From assembly GCA_963700285.1 (NCBI GenBank), contig CAVOXA010000014.1, forward strand, positions 736,001-800,000: a stretch of 64,000 nucleotides of DNA, read 5' to 3'. Under the pieces are notes generated by a model. It did not search any database. It was not told the DNA's origin and saw only the letters and a program-made list of their open reading frames with translations. The stretch comes from an uncultured Chloroflexia bacterium (GTDB lineage: Bacteria; Chloroflexota; Anaerolineae; JAAYZQ01). Position 1 is the first letter of the stretch, and every line of letters starts with the position of its first letter. The translations under genes were made by a program, and so were the position numbers. Shown in pieces: positions 41,023-51,082 of this stretch.

Positions 41023-41892
41023 TCAGGCACTCACCCAACTCGCAGTATATTCTGTCAGATCATCCGGTTTGGTGATGGCAGGTTCATCGACTTGCCATCT
41101 ACCGGTCAGGCCCAGTTCCCCAGCGGTCAGCTCAAAATGGCTCATGGCAATGCCCATGTCGATGCGCTGCATGTCGGCAATTCGAACGAACCGTGAGAGC
41201 CCTCCCTCACCGTAACCTGCCGTCCGCTGCAGGTAAAAGTGCCAGGCCGCGCCATCCCGGATGATGCGCCAGGGTTGCCGGTTGGAAGCTGAGGGGGCCA
41301 GCCGGACCATCTCCAGCGGGGTTGCATACGCTCCCGCCTCTTCGGCCGATAAGGATACACCGAACTCTGCGCCAAAGAACAGCCTGTCCCATGCCAGGCG
41401 AGCGTTGGAGCCCGCACCCCGTCGGATCATCCCATCCAATCTACGTGGCTTCTCGGCGATGTAGCCCAACGAGACAACAGCCGGCACCGACTCGCCGTCG
41501 CTGATTTTGATCTTTTTGGCGAATCGACTCTTGTTGAAAGTACCTCCCAGCCAGCAGGTTCCGAGGTCCAGATCGGTGGCGCGTAAGATGATGCATTCCA
41601 TACGATAGCCAAAGTCCTCAAGATCATGAGCGCCACCAGCAACGGCGCCAATGATGAAACCGGTGGCTCCGCGGATGAAACCGTAGGTACCCAGGCCCCG
41701 CAAGGCTTCGCGATCCTCTTCTGTCGCAGCAGCCAGCTCGAACCGTGGTCGCGTGCCGAAAGGTCCAGGGCCTCGAGAGGCAACAAGTTCCTCGAGTTTC
41801 AGCCGGAGATCCTGTTCGATGGGCTGCTCGCGGTAGCTTCTGCAGGAGAAGCGGTTCCTGACTAGATCGCTAATGGGCTGGTTGTACGCCAT
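41023..41892 (-). CDS. Nitroreductase family protein
   Basis: RFSCRSY, LGTCWLGGTF, RLAPSASNRQPWR, DMGIAMSHF. Confidence 0.9.
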   Translation of the reverse strand: MAYNQPISDLVRNRFSCRSYREQPIEQDLRLKLEELVASRGPGPFGTRPRFELAAATEEDREALRGLGTYGFIRGATGFIIGAVAGGAHDLEDFGYRMECIILRATDLDLGTCWLGGTFNKSRFAKKIKISDGESVPAVVSLGYIAEKPRRLDGMIRRGAGSNARLAWDRLFFGAEFGVSLSAEEAGAYATPLEMVRLAPSASNRQPWRIIRDGAAWHFYLQRTAGYGEGGLSRFVRIADMQRIDMGIAMSHFELTAGELGLTGRWQVDEPAITKPDDLTEYTASWVSA

Positions 41893-42231
41893 AAAAGTCC
41901 TCTCTTCTCGGCGATGATCTCGACGAGCTGCCTACGCAGCGCCTGGTACTGCCCAAAGACGGCGTAATCGGCTTCCGTGAGGCTGTGCACGCGCTCGACC
42001 TCTATACCGGCTGGCGGAAGCCAGAAGCGTAGGGTATGAGGGCATTGTACCATCATTTTCTTGACCTGGGCAAGCGAACGAGCATCAGCCAACCAACAGA
42101 AGGCCGATCCAGATGCTGGCAAGGTGGAAACAAAGGTCCGCCAGCACCGATTGCTCAGCGCTGGCGGGGCCCTGTATCCGACCATCCTGCCCCGCTTTGG
42201 CATGGGCCAAGGCGTATCGTATCGAGCAACC

Positions 42232-42879
42232 CTAGTCGAGCAGGAAAGGCTTCATGGGCGCCCACTCGTCCTTCCAGACAACGGGTACAAGCTGCTGTAT
42301 GACCTCGGGCGGCATGACCGCCATAAAGTAGGCGCGGTCGTCTCCCTCGAGATTGTACAGCACAAAGGGCACTGCCAGCGGCGCAGGTTGTGAGTGCACT
42401 GCACTGTGGGCTGCCGCCTTTTGGGCCATGTCGATGGTCTCGGGCACGGTCATGATCTCCGCCGCAACCTCAGGGCTGATGATGGTCTCTTCCACCTGGG
42501 TGTGGGGGTGCCAAAGGTCGGACAGTTTGGTCAAAGCATGGTCCAGGTCTGCCAAGGAACCAGCCTCGCGGGAGGCTGCTATCTCGGCCAGGTAACCGAG
42601 CATCAGTTGATGCTGGGCCATCAGGCTGTCAAAGTCAGCATTGGGCAGGCGATCCCGAAGATAGGGAAAAAAGAGATCGTCCTCGGTCATATGATGGCCG
42701 TGGGTGATGGCCTCGAGGCCCTGGCAGTACTTCCAAAAGCCATCGCGGGTGGTATCGTCGGGGAACCCGCTGGCAGCAAAGGCCCGGCAGTTCTCCTGCG
42801 CCACGGTCAGGCCGCGGGTGACGACACGATGGATGCGTCGCAGATCAATGCCAATGTTGGGCTTGGGTTTTTCGGACAT
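42232..42879 (-). CDS. Hemerythrin-domain protein
   Basis: IHR, HGHHMTED..FP, AQH, HTQVEE helix-bundle ligands. Confidence 0.8.
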   Translation of the reverse strand: MSEKPKPNIGIDLRRIHRVVTRGLTVAQENCRAFAASGFPDDTTRDGFWKYCQGLEAITHGHHMTEDDLFFPYLRDRLPNADFDSLMAQHQLMLGYLAEIAASREAGSLADLDHALTKLSDLWHPHTQVEETIISPEVAAEIMTVPETIDMAQKAAAHSAVHSQPAPLAVPFVLYNLEGDDRAYFMAVMPPEVIQQLVPVVWKDEWAPMKPFLLD

Positions 42880-43012
42880 GATTGACTCTTCTCGTTGCTG
42901 TTTATTGGATGCAATTGGCCAAAGACTGGTAGAACAGCGGGCGGGCGGCGCTGCTAGCACCTTATTATCTAATTATAGCATTACAATCATAGCAAGTCAA
43001 GTGTCCCTTCAC

Positions 43013-43921
43013 TCATGGCTGGAACTTCTCGAGGGTCTTGATCGCACTTTCTACGGAGCGGAGGTCTCTGGGATCTAGTTCTGGGCTGGCAGCCCACCGT
43101 TGGTACCTGGGCAGCAAGGGATAGAACTCGGGCAGCAGTTTCTTGGCCATGCTGCGGACCGCGTCACACAGCACCCAGGTGACAGCCGGGTCGTCGGGAG
43201 GGACATGACCGGCCAGGAATTGCCGCGTGGAAACAAGTTCCCCCCGCGCGGCGAGGCGGATGGCGAAACTGACAGCCCGCTTGACCTCCATCTCCTGGTC
43301 CAGCAGTAGGCGTCCGGCCAGCTCCAGGCAGCGGCCGGTATAGGCCGGGTGCTTCATGGGCAAGCGAGCCGCGACGGTAATGCCAGCCCGGCGCACCCAC
43401 TTGTTCTCGTCGACGAGCCAGGGATCGATAGCTCCGAGCCAGCCATCCGGATCCTTGCGAACGATGGGCTCCAGGCCGTTCATGGCCAGTTGATCCGCGT
43501 CTTCCCAGGTCAAACAGGTACGACACAACTCCATCAATTCCGGAATGACCGTGTCAGGCGCGGCCAATTCCATCATGCCCAGGGGATGGACGGCTACGAC
43601 GCGGCCTTCGCGGCCGTAGCTGTCCCACAAGAGGCAGGTCAGGGGCATCAGTTCGTCCACGCCCTTGCGCGCAGGCCCTTTGGCGTGGCTCAGTGCATGC
43701 TTGCCGATGGCCAGGCCGACAGCCTTGAGGACCGGAACCGGGATGCCGACCGTCTCCTGTTGGGCGCGTTGTTCGGCCTTGATGACCTCAATGCTCTTGG
43801 GCTCAAATTGCAGCCAGAGCTCGCGCAGGCGACTAGCAGTAAGGTCTGGCTCTGCTGGATCATAGCCTTCCAGAATATCGCCAACTTGCAGCGCTATCTC
43901 GCCTCTCGTCTGGCGGTCCAT
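43013..43921 (-). CDS. DNA alkylation repair (AlkD-like HEAT-repeat) protein
   Basis: GREGR, TWEDADQL, W..DEN.WVRRAG, VKRAVSFAIR. Confidence 0.7.
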   Translation of the reverse strand: MDRQTRGEIALQVGDILEGYDPAEPDLTASRLRELWLQFEPKSIEVIKAEQRAQQETVGIPVPVLKAVGLAIGKHALSHAKGPARKGVDELMPLTCLLWDSYGREGRVVAVHPLGMMELAAPDTVIPELMELCRTCLTWEDADQLAMNGLEPIVRKDPDGWLGAIDPWLVDENKWVRRAGITVAARLPMKHPAYTGRCLELAGRLLLDQEMEVKRAVSFAIRLAARGELVSTRQFLAGHVPPDDPAVTWVLCDAVRSMAKKLLPEFYPLLPRYQRWAASPELDPRDLRSVESAIKTLEKFQP

Positions 43922-44002
43922 CCGAACCCTCCCTCTTGTACTCCCGCGACGTGCCAGGAATCTGAGAGCGTCTGCCCCGTCCGTCCTCGGGCAGGCCTGG
44001 GG

Positions 44003-44809
44003 TCAGTCCTGCGAACCAAAGGGGTCCTGCCCTGTGGCCCGGGCGCGCTGCTCGTCCGAGAGATAGGTCAGAGCTTTGCGCAGGATCAGCGCTCGGTGGC
44101 GGCGCTGGCCAGGCACGACGTCCTGAGCCAGCCAGGTCGTGACTTGCTCCGGATAGTACCTGCCCAGCGTCTTGAGCCCCCAACCCACACCCTTGACGGC
44201 CATCATGTCCCATTCCTCAAACATGGGCTCCAGTAGATCCAGCAACGCTCGGGCCTCAGGCGCCTTCTCAGAGGCTCCCAGGGATCGCTTGGCCCAGAAA
44301 TGCACGGCAACGCCCACTGCCCGGCGCACCCAGGGATTGGCGTCCTGGCGCCAGGGCGCAAGCTGCTCCAGGGCTGCTTGGAAGTGGGCCACCAGTGCCT
44401 CACCCGCCACGCCCTCACCGAGAATGTCGGCGGCATACCAGACATCGGCGGCGATGATGGCGCGGCGGCAACGAGAGAAGGCGCCTGGAAGATCGCGTTC
44501 CAACTGTCCCTTCAGGGCGCTGGCGATGATGACCCAGCCACCTTCGGTCCTGTCTACCACGATGCGCACGAGAAAGAGGTCCACTGCCAGGATCGGGCCA
44601 GCGCCAATGGGCTCGCCGATGCGCCGGAGCATGACAAAGGGAGTACGCTCGGCCAGGACTGGGGACAGGAGCTGGTAAGCCTGTTCACTCTGGCCGGCCT
44701 CAACAAGGGCTGAGACACGCTCGCCCAATTCCCTAGCCTCCCGAGATTTCAGGGCCGACCCCTTTCTATAGTTGAGGGCCTTGACGCGGTCCCCTGCTCC
44801 ATTCTTCAT
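44003..44809 (-). CDS. DNA alkylation repair (AlkD-like HEAT-repeat) protein
   Basis: VWYAAD, W..D.NPWVRRA, VKGVGWGLKTLGR..PE.V..WL. Confidence 0.72.
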   Translation of the reverse strand: MKNGAGDRVKALNYRKGSALKSREARELGERVSALVEAGQSEQAYQLLSPVLAERTPFVMLRRIGEPIGAGPILAVDLFLVRIVVDRTEGGWVIIASALKGQLERDLPGAFSRCRRAIIAADVWYAADILGEGVAGEALVAHFQAALEQLAPWRQDANPWVRRAVGVAVHFWAKRSLGASEKAPEARALLDLLEPMFEEWDMMAVKGVGWGLKTLGRYYPEQVTTWLAQDVVPGQRRHRALILRKALTYLSDEQRARATGQDPFGSQD

Positions 44810-44950
44810 TTTACCGGGACAGTTTTCTCCGTCAAGGTTCCTTCAAGATTCAGAGCTACAGCGAGCCGGTTGAGCCAGGCCTGGTTCAGGGCCATAGAGC
44901 AGAGTAGGCAACAACAACGAGGCCAGCTTGGTTAGGCCAAACACCTGTCC

Positions 44951-46579
44951 CTAGAGCCAGGGCTCGTCCAACGAATCAGAATCGTGTAGACTGGCAAACT
45001 CGTTGGCCGTCGCATCCTCACGAAAGTGTGCGCCCCGGGACTGGCGGTTGTGCCAGGCGGCGCGAGTGACAACCCAGGCCGTCTGGGCAATATTGCGCAG
45101 GCCGATCAGGTCGTCACTCAGCCGGGACGCTCGATAGAAATGGTCTATCTCCTCCCAGATGTGGTTCAGGTCGCGCAGGGCGCGGCCCAGCCGGCGAGTA
45201 CTGCGCGCCAGACCCACATAGAGCCACATGATGTTCTGGATCGTGCGCCGGTCACGGTAGACCAGCACCGGATCGGCCAGGGCACTGTCGCGCACGTCCT
45301 CCCAAGCGGGTACGTCGTCCTCAGTCGCGCGATGCACAGGTTCGCTAGAAGCAATGTCCTGCCCGGCCCGGTCGCCCCACAGCAGTCCCTCCAGCAGCGA
45401 GGTGCTGGCCAGGCGATTGGCCCCATGGACGCCCGTACAACTCACTTCACCGACAGCATACAGCCCATCAATGGTTGTACGCCCCCAGCCATCTACCAGC
45501 ACACCCCCACAGGCATAGTGAGCCGCAGGCACAACGGGGATCGGCTCAGAAGTTATGTCTAATCCTACCTCAAGACAGGCCGTATAGATCGTCGGGAAGC
45601 GCTCGCGGATATGGCCGGCTCCCATATGGCTGGCGAGGTCGAGCAGCACGTGTGGATAGCCATGGGAGATCATCTCGTGATGGATGGATCGGGCCACAAT
45701 GTCGCGCGGAGCGAGGTCTCCCCAGCGCGGTGCATAGCGGTCCATAAAGTGCCGTCCATCTGGCGTAAAGAGCTTGGCCCCTTCGCCGCGTACGGCCTCG
45801 GAGATCAAGAAATTCTCAGCGCCGGGGACCGCCAGCGTCGTAGGGTGAAACTGGATGAACTCGGCGTTGACGACCCGGGCACCCGCGCGGTAGGCCATGG
45901 CCAACCCATCGCCCCGGGCACCCGGAGGATTGGTCGTGTGGCGGTAGATGCGGCCCAGTCCTCCTGTAGCCAGCACCGTAGCCCCGGAAAGGACACGGTG
46001 GACAACACCGGTATCCTGGTCCAGGACGTAGGCCCCGTGGCAGGTGATGGGCTGGTAGATGGCCAGTGGGTCGCGGGCGTGGTGGGAGGAAGTGATGAGA
46101 TCCACCGCCGTGCGGCCCGTACCCAGGCTGACGTTCGAGGCTTGTTGCAGCCTGGCCACCAGGGCCTCTTCGATGGCGCGGCCGGTGGCATCACCGACGT
46201 GCAGGATGCGCGGGACCGAGTGGCCCCCCTCACGAGTGAGCGAGAGCATGCCCCTGTCGTCCAGATCGAACTGGATCGCGGCCTCGTCGATGAGCAGGGT
46301 TCTGACCAGTTCAGGGCCTTCCTCCGCAATGAGGCGAACCGCTGCTGGCAAGCTGAGTCCGGCGCCAGCGTTCAGGATGTCCTGGGCCAGCAGGTCGGGA
46401 GAATCATCGGTGCCCCGGGCGACGATACCACCCTGTGCATAACGCGTATTGGATTCTTGCGCGCTAGCCGCGCGGGTGATAAGCAGGATCTGGCGCTGGC
46501 GGTCCTTGGCCAGGCGGAGGGCTGCCGCCGCCCCGGCTATGCCTGAGCCGATGACAAGTACGTCGGTTTCGATGGGCAT
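44951..46579 (-). CDS. nadB: L-aspartate oxidase
   Basis: GSGIAG, AQGGI, REGGHS..RILH..DATG, QFHPT, SEAVRGEG, HGANRLASTSLLE. Confidence 0.95.
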   Translation of the reverse strand: MPIETDVLVIGSGIAGAAAALRLAKDRQRQILLITRAASAQESNTRYAQGGIVARGTDDSPDLLAQDILNAGAGLSLPAAVRLIAEEGPELVRTLLIDEAAIQFDLDDRGMLSLTREGGHSVPRILHVGDATGRAIEEALVARLQQASNVSLGTGRTAVDLITSSHHARDPLAIYQPITCHGAYVLDQDTGVVHRVLSGATVLATGGLGRIYRHTTNPPGARGDGLAMAYRAGARVVNAEFIQFHPTTLAVPGAENFLISEAVRGEGAKLFTPDGRHFMDRYAPRWGDLAPRDIVARSIHHEMISHGYPHVLLDLASHMGAGHIRERFPTIYTACLEVGLDITSEPIPVVPAAHYACGGVLVDGWGRTTIDGLYAVGEVSCTGVHGANRLASTSLLEGLLWGDRAGQDIASSEPVHRATEDDVPAWEDVRDSALADPVLVYRDRRTIQNIMWLYVGLARSTRRLGRALRDLNHIWEEIDHFYRASRLSDDLIGLRNIAQTAWVVTRAAWHNRQSRGAHFREDATANEFASLHDSDSLDEPWL

Positions 46580-46603
46580 TGTACGCTTCTTTCAGGTGTT
46601 ATA

Positions 46604-46641
46604 CGTGCTGCGTGTTTCGTGTTGCGTGTGTCGTGTTGCGT
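46604..46641. repeat. Degenerate heptamer tandem repeat (CGTGTTG)n, about 5.4 copies
   Basis: cgtgctg cgtgttt cgtgttg cgtgtgt cgtgttg cgt. Confidence 0.7.
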
Positions 46642-46774
46642 CACCACGGCGCCGGGCCGGGTGCAGGTCATTGCGTTCCCCCCGCTCGCAACCGGTCCGT
46701 GACAGATTGCATGGACCTGAAACAGCCGGAAGCCAAGTTCTGCTGTGTGAAAGGTCGCCAGGCCGGAAACTCGA

Positions 46775-48685
46775 TCAGACAGCAAGCATGTTTTCCAGGG
46801 CAATGCGCGCCCAGCGTGCGGTCTCGGTGTCGACGGTCACCTCATGGGTCACCTCGCCATCCACCAGTGCCCCCAACAGTTGCGCCAGGTTCTGGGGTGT
46901 AATCTGGCTCATGGTGCGGCAGAAAGGCGCAGTCTCGGCCAGAGAGATGATCTGCTGGTCGGGGTGCTCCTGCTGCAGCCTGTAGACCAGGCGCGATTCC
47001 GTACCGATGGCCCACCGGGTTCCCGCTGGGGCCGCTGCAACCTGGTCGATGATGTAGGCCGTGGACCCTACCCGGTCGGCCAGATCAACGACCTCCATCC
47101 TGCATTCGGGGTGGACAGCGACCAGGATGCTGGGATAGCGCTGGCGCAAAGCGAGCACATGCTCGGCACGAAAGCGAGCGTGGACATTGCAGGCGCCCGG
47201 CCAGAGGACTACCCGGGCTCCGCGCAGGGCGTCAGCATCGGGTGGCAGATAGGAGTCCCAGACCAGTAGTTCGTCCAAGGGGATGCCCATGCTTCTAGCT
47301 GTGTTCCGTCCCAGATGCTGATCGGGAAAGAAAAAGACACGGGGTCGTTGCGCCAGCGCCCAGCGAAGAACCCTTTCCGCGTTGCCCGAGGTGCAGACGA
47401 TGCCGCCATGCTGGCCGCAGAATGCCTTCAACTCAGCAGAAGAGTTTACGTAGGTGACAGGCGTGAACTCGGCTTCGGCGTCTCCAAAGATAGCATCGAG
47501 CTGGCTCCAGGCCGTCTCGACCGCCGCTGGTGTGGCGGTATCGGCCAGGTAGCAGCCGGCCGTGGGCTCAGGGATCAGAACGCGCTGACCAGGCTTGGCC
47601 AGGATCGCGGCGGTTTCGGCCATGAAATGGACACCGCAGAAGACAATGAACTCGGCATCAGCCTGCGCGGCATCGCGGGAGAGCTTGAGGGAGTCGCCCC
47701 GCAGATCAGCAAAGGCAATCACTTCATCACGCTGGTAGTGATGTCCCAGAATCGCCAGGCGGTCCCCCAGCTTTGACTTGTACTCGGCCAAAAGTACGGC
47801 CGGATCGGCTACTACCGGTTGCTGCTTAGGGGTAGAAACCTTCATACTGATGTCGAGGGCCTGCACCGAATGGGTCAGCGCCCCGACCGAGATATAAGCA
47901 ACGCCCGTGGACGCGATCTCAGCAGCCCGCTCTTCTAGGACCCCGCCAGAAGCTTCCAGGGGTACCCGCGCGCCAGCCATGGCCACGGCCTGGCGCATTT
48001 CTGCCAGCGTCATGTTGTCCAGCATGATCCGGTCGATGGCCGGCTGGATGGCCAGGGCTTCCTCCAGTTCAGTCAGATTCCTGACCTCGACCTCGATGGG
48101 CAGCTTGGGATAACCCGCTCGGGCGCGCTCGACGGCCAGCCGGATGCTGCCTGCTGCATCGACATGGTTGTCCTTGATCAGGATCATGTCATAGAGCGAC
48201 GTGCGATGATTGGCGCCGCCCCCCATGCGGACACTATACTTGTCCAGTAAGCGGTAGCCTGGCAGGGTCTTGCGGGTATCCAAAATGATGGCACCGGTAC
48301 AGGCGACTGCATCCACAAAGCGCCGGGTAAGGGTGGCGATACCCGACATCCGCTGCAAAAAGTTCAGGGCGGTGCGCTCCGCCGCCAAGAGCCCGCGACC
48401 AAGCCCATGAACCTCGGCTACCAGCTCCCCGGCCACGAGCTCCTGCCCGTCGGCCACGTGGGCGACAAACTCGATGCCAGGGTCGAGGCGCCGGTACACC
48501 GCTTCGGCCACCGGCAGGCCGGCAAGGATGCCGGCGGACTTGGCGACAATGCGACCGTGCAAGATGGCATCGGGCAGCAAGGTCGATTCACTGGTTGCGT
48601 CACCCGGGCCAATGTCCTCGGCCACGGCCAGATCTATCAGCGGCTTGGCTGCACGTACGAGCGTATCTACGTCTGTTTGAGTCAA
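46775..48685 (-). CDS. nadC-nadA: Fused quinolinate phosphoribosyltransferase (NadC) and quinolinate synthase (NadA)
   Basis: N-terminal half: ED.G.GDAT, DTRKT.PG, IKDNH, EVEV, IMLDN, EASGG. C-terminal half: ILGHHYQ, FCGVHFMAET, YVNSSA, CTSGNA, PDQHLG, HPEC. Single frame; TTG start after GGAGG. Confidence 0.93.
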   Translation of the reverse strand: MTQTDVDTLVRAAKPLIDLAVAEDIGPGDATSESTLLPDAILHGRIVAKSAGILAGLPVAEAVYRRLDPGIEFVAHVADGQELVAGELVAEVHGLGRGLLAAERTALNFLQRMSGIATLTRRFVDAVACTGAIILDTRKTLPGYRLLDKYSVRMGGGANHRTSLYDMILIKDNHVDAAGSIRLAVERARAGYPKLPIEVEVRNLTELEEALAIQPAIDRIMLDNMTLAEMRQAVAMAGARVPLEASGGVLEERAAEIASTGVAYISVGALTHSVQALDISMKVSTPKQQPVVADPAVLLAEYKSKLGDRLAILGHHYQRDEVIAFADLRGDSLKLSRDAAQADAEFIVFCGVHFMAETAAILAKPGQRVLIPEPTAGCYLADTATPAAVETAWSQLDAIFGDAEAEFTPVTYVNSSAELKAFCGQHGGIVCTSGNAERVLRWALAQRPRVFFFPDQHLGRNTARSMGIPLDELLVWDSYLPPDADALRGARVVLWPGACNVHARFRAEHVLALRQRYPSILVAVHPECRMEVVDLADRVGSTAYIIDQVAAAPAGTRWAIGTESRLVYRLQQEHPDQQIISLAETAPFCRTMSQITPQNLAQLLGALVDGEVTHEVTVDTETARWARIALENMLAV

Positions 48686-49044
48686 TGGTTCATCCCTCCT
48701 CTGGGCAAGAACAGGTGGGCACGACGATCTACAGGCCAGCATCATCAAGAGATCAAGCCCTCCCGGGTGGCGGCTGGTCGCTCCGCACCGGCACCAACCC
48801 TCAACAAGTTCAATAGACAGCAACCAGGGTACGTTCTGCGTGCCCTTCGACTGCCAAGTATACCACCAAGGTTGGGCAGACACCAAGTTGGGTTGCCCAA
48901 TGGACTTGAGCCGAGATGAAAGATGGTCCCCTCCCCCTCGAGCCAGGGGAAGGGGACAGGGGGTGGGTGTCGTAGCCAGGCGGGGACATCCGTGAAACAG
49001 ATGAGGACTGTGGGCCTAACTCCTTTTGATGATCACGCGATGAA

Positions 49045-49728
49045 CTACGCGAGGCTCTCAAAGCCAGCCTGGCCTGAATTTAGTTCCTCCATCTCTCCAG
49101 TGACACAAAAGACCACACGCTCACACACATTGATGACGCGATCAGCTGTGCGCTCGAGGTTGTGAGCAGCCCAAAGGAGGTAGTTGGATTGTTCAATTGT
49201 GCTGGCATCCTGCAAGATGTAGGACAGCAGTTCGTGAAAAACTTGGTTGTAGAGATCGTCCACTTCATCATCCATAGCGGGGATTGCACGGGCTCGCTCC
49301 ACGTCGCGCTGTACAAAGGCATCCAGCGCACTGCGCAGCATATAGCGCGCCTTTTCCGCCATGACGGGCAGGTCAATGAGCGGCTTGATCAGGGGCTCTT
49401 CTCCGATCATCAGATTGATGCGGGCAATCCCCTTGGCATAATCACCGATACGCTCCAGTTCACTGATGATCTCTAACATGGCGGCCAGAAAGCGCATGTC
49501 CCCTGCCATCGGCTGCTGGGTAGCGATGAGGGTCAGGATGTCAGACTCAATCGCGAAGCGCATCCTATTGATAGCACGATCGTGGTTAATGATCCGCTGC
49601 GACTCAACAAAGTCCCTCTTTTTGAGGGTTTCCACTGATTGAATTAGAACCTCCTCGACCAAACTGCCCATGGCCAGAAGCTCGTCTTGCAAGCGCTGTA
49701 ATTCCTGATCGAATACCCGACGCACCAT
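49045..49728 (-). CDS. phoU: Phosphate signalling protein PhoU
   Basis: QQPMAGDMR, ELERIGDYA, DDEVDDLY, NLERTADR. Confidence 0.95.
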   Translation of the reverse strand: MVRRVFDQELQRLQDELLAMGSLVEEVLIQSVETLKKRDFVESQRIINHDRAINRMRFAIESDILTLIATQQPMAGDMRFLAAMLEIISELERIGDYAKGIARINLMIGEEPLIKPLIDLPVMAEKARYMLRSALDAFVQRDVERARAIPAMDDEVDDLYNQVFHELLSYILQDASTIEQSNYLLWAAHNLERTADRVINVCERVVFCVTGEMEELNSGQAGFESLA

Positions 49729-49737
49729 CCAATCCTC

Positions 49738-50463
49738 CTAGAGAACTTTCGCAGACAGCTTTTGGGGAACCGTGTGGGGCCCCTGCTCTGCAGGCAGGGG
49801 CTGACTCTCCGGCATGCTTCCCAACACCGAGAAGATCACCCAGTCGCAGATGCCAACCACTCTTTCCGCCGCACGTTTGAGATTGTAGGCCGCCCGCGAT
49901 ATGTATACAGCCTGATTCACAGCCCGGGGTCGACTCTCCATGACCCCAAGCAACTCCTGGTAGACCTGTTCGTACCGAGCATCTACCTTCTGGGTGTCAG
50001 CCAGGAGGATGCGAACAGCGTGCACATCGTGCTGCGCAAAAGCCTCCAGCGCACCGCTCACCAGCGCCTGGACACCTGCGCCCAAGCGGTGAATTTGGGC
50101 TACCGGCTTGCGCAGATGGTATTGCACAGCGAGGCCATTGGCCCTGGCTACCCTTTGGCCGTGTTCTGCAATCCGCTCCAACTCCGAGGCAATCTCGATC
50201 ATGGCCACAGCACGGCGGAGTGCAACACCCAGCGGGCGCTGCTCGGCAATGAACTGAAGGCAACCCATCTCGACGGCAAGCCGCTTCTGATGGATCTGCC
50301 TCTCGGTATCGCCCAACCACTCCAAGCCATCCAGATTGCAACACTGGAGTTGGTCCACGGACATGAGCAACAGGCTCTCAACCAGGCTGCCTAAGGCCAG
50401 TACCTCGTCCTGAAGATGCTGCAGATCCGAACCCAATTCTTGTAAGGACACAGTTGACCTCAT
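49738..50463 (-). CDS. phoU: Divergent PhoU paralogue
   Basis: PhoU repeats with degenerate acidic motifs (ELERIAEH, NLKRAAER). Confidence 0.82.
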   Translation of the reverse strand: MRSTVSLQELGSDLQHLQDEVLALGSLVESLLLMSVDQLQCCNLDGLEWLGDTERQIHQKRLAVEMGCLQFIAEQRPLGVALRRAVAMIEIASELERIAEHGQRVARANGLAVQYHLRKPVAQIHRLGAGVQALVSGALEAFAQHDVHAVRILLADTQKVDARYEQVYQELLGVMESRPRAVNQAVYISRAAYNLKRAAERVVGICDWVIFSVLGSMPESQPLPAEQGPHTVPQKLSAKVL

Positions 50464-50544
50464 CCGAAAGCTGCAGCATAGTCTCCGAGCCTCTCCTCAC
50501 CCCGTTCCCTTCCCCCACCAGTACTGGAGGAAGGGAATCGAGGA

Positions 50545-50964
50545 TCACAAAAGAGGAGGAAGGATGACGGATAACTGGCTGCGGACTTCATCGCGCACTC
50601 GCCGGAAAAGCGACAGGCGCTCAGACTCACTGCCTGTCGCTTTGGCCGGATCATCAAAGCCTATGTGCAGCCTGTGCCCGCGCCCCAGCCAGACCGGACA
50701 GTTCTCAGCCGCGTCGTCGCAGACGGTCACCACCAGATCCAGATCCCTGTCTCGGAACTCCTCCGCGGATTTGGATCTTTGGCCCGAGATATCTATATCT
50801 AGCTCGGCCATGACTCGGACCGCGAGAGGGTGTACGTAGCCGGCTGGGTCGGTACCAGCGGAATAGGCCAACCATTCCTGAGCAAAGTCATGATTGACCA
50901 GGCCTTCCGCCATCTGGCTGCGGCACGAGTTGCCAGTGCAGAGGAAAAGGACTTGCTTCTTCAT
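50545..50964 (-). CDS. arsC: Arsenate reductase (thioredoxin-coupled, LMW-PTP fold)
   Basis: CTGNSCRSQMAEG, VTVCDDAAENCP, FDDPA. Confidence 0.88.
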   Translation of the reverse strand: MKKQVLFLCTGNSCRSQMAEGLVNHDFAQEWLAYSAGTDPAGYVHPLAVRVMAELDIDISGQRSKSAEEFRDRDLDLVVTVCDDAAENCPVWLGRGHRLHIGFDDPAKATGSESERLSLFRRVRDEVRSQLSVILPPLL

Positions 50965-51082
50965 GCCCTGCTCATCCCCTCTGAGCCTGTCCCCTTCGAT
51001 TTGCAACGAATGACGCAAGATGAAAAACGAGCGAGCCATGAACAGGGCGTTGCGTGATGCAAGAGCGGTCGTCTATTTCGCA

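Noticed and set aside
41862-42203. Short ORF upstream of the nitroreductase
   Set aside because: The 3' part looks like a possible gene remnant, but no family could be assigned and the start is unsupported.
42960-43000. Fur/PerR box in the AT-rich stretch upstream of hemerythrin
   Set aside because: Only a half match; explainable as an ordinary -10 region.
39038-44900. Integrated element at tRNA-Gly
   Set aside because: No integrase, and I found no duplicated tRNA 3' end in the window.
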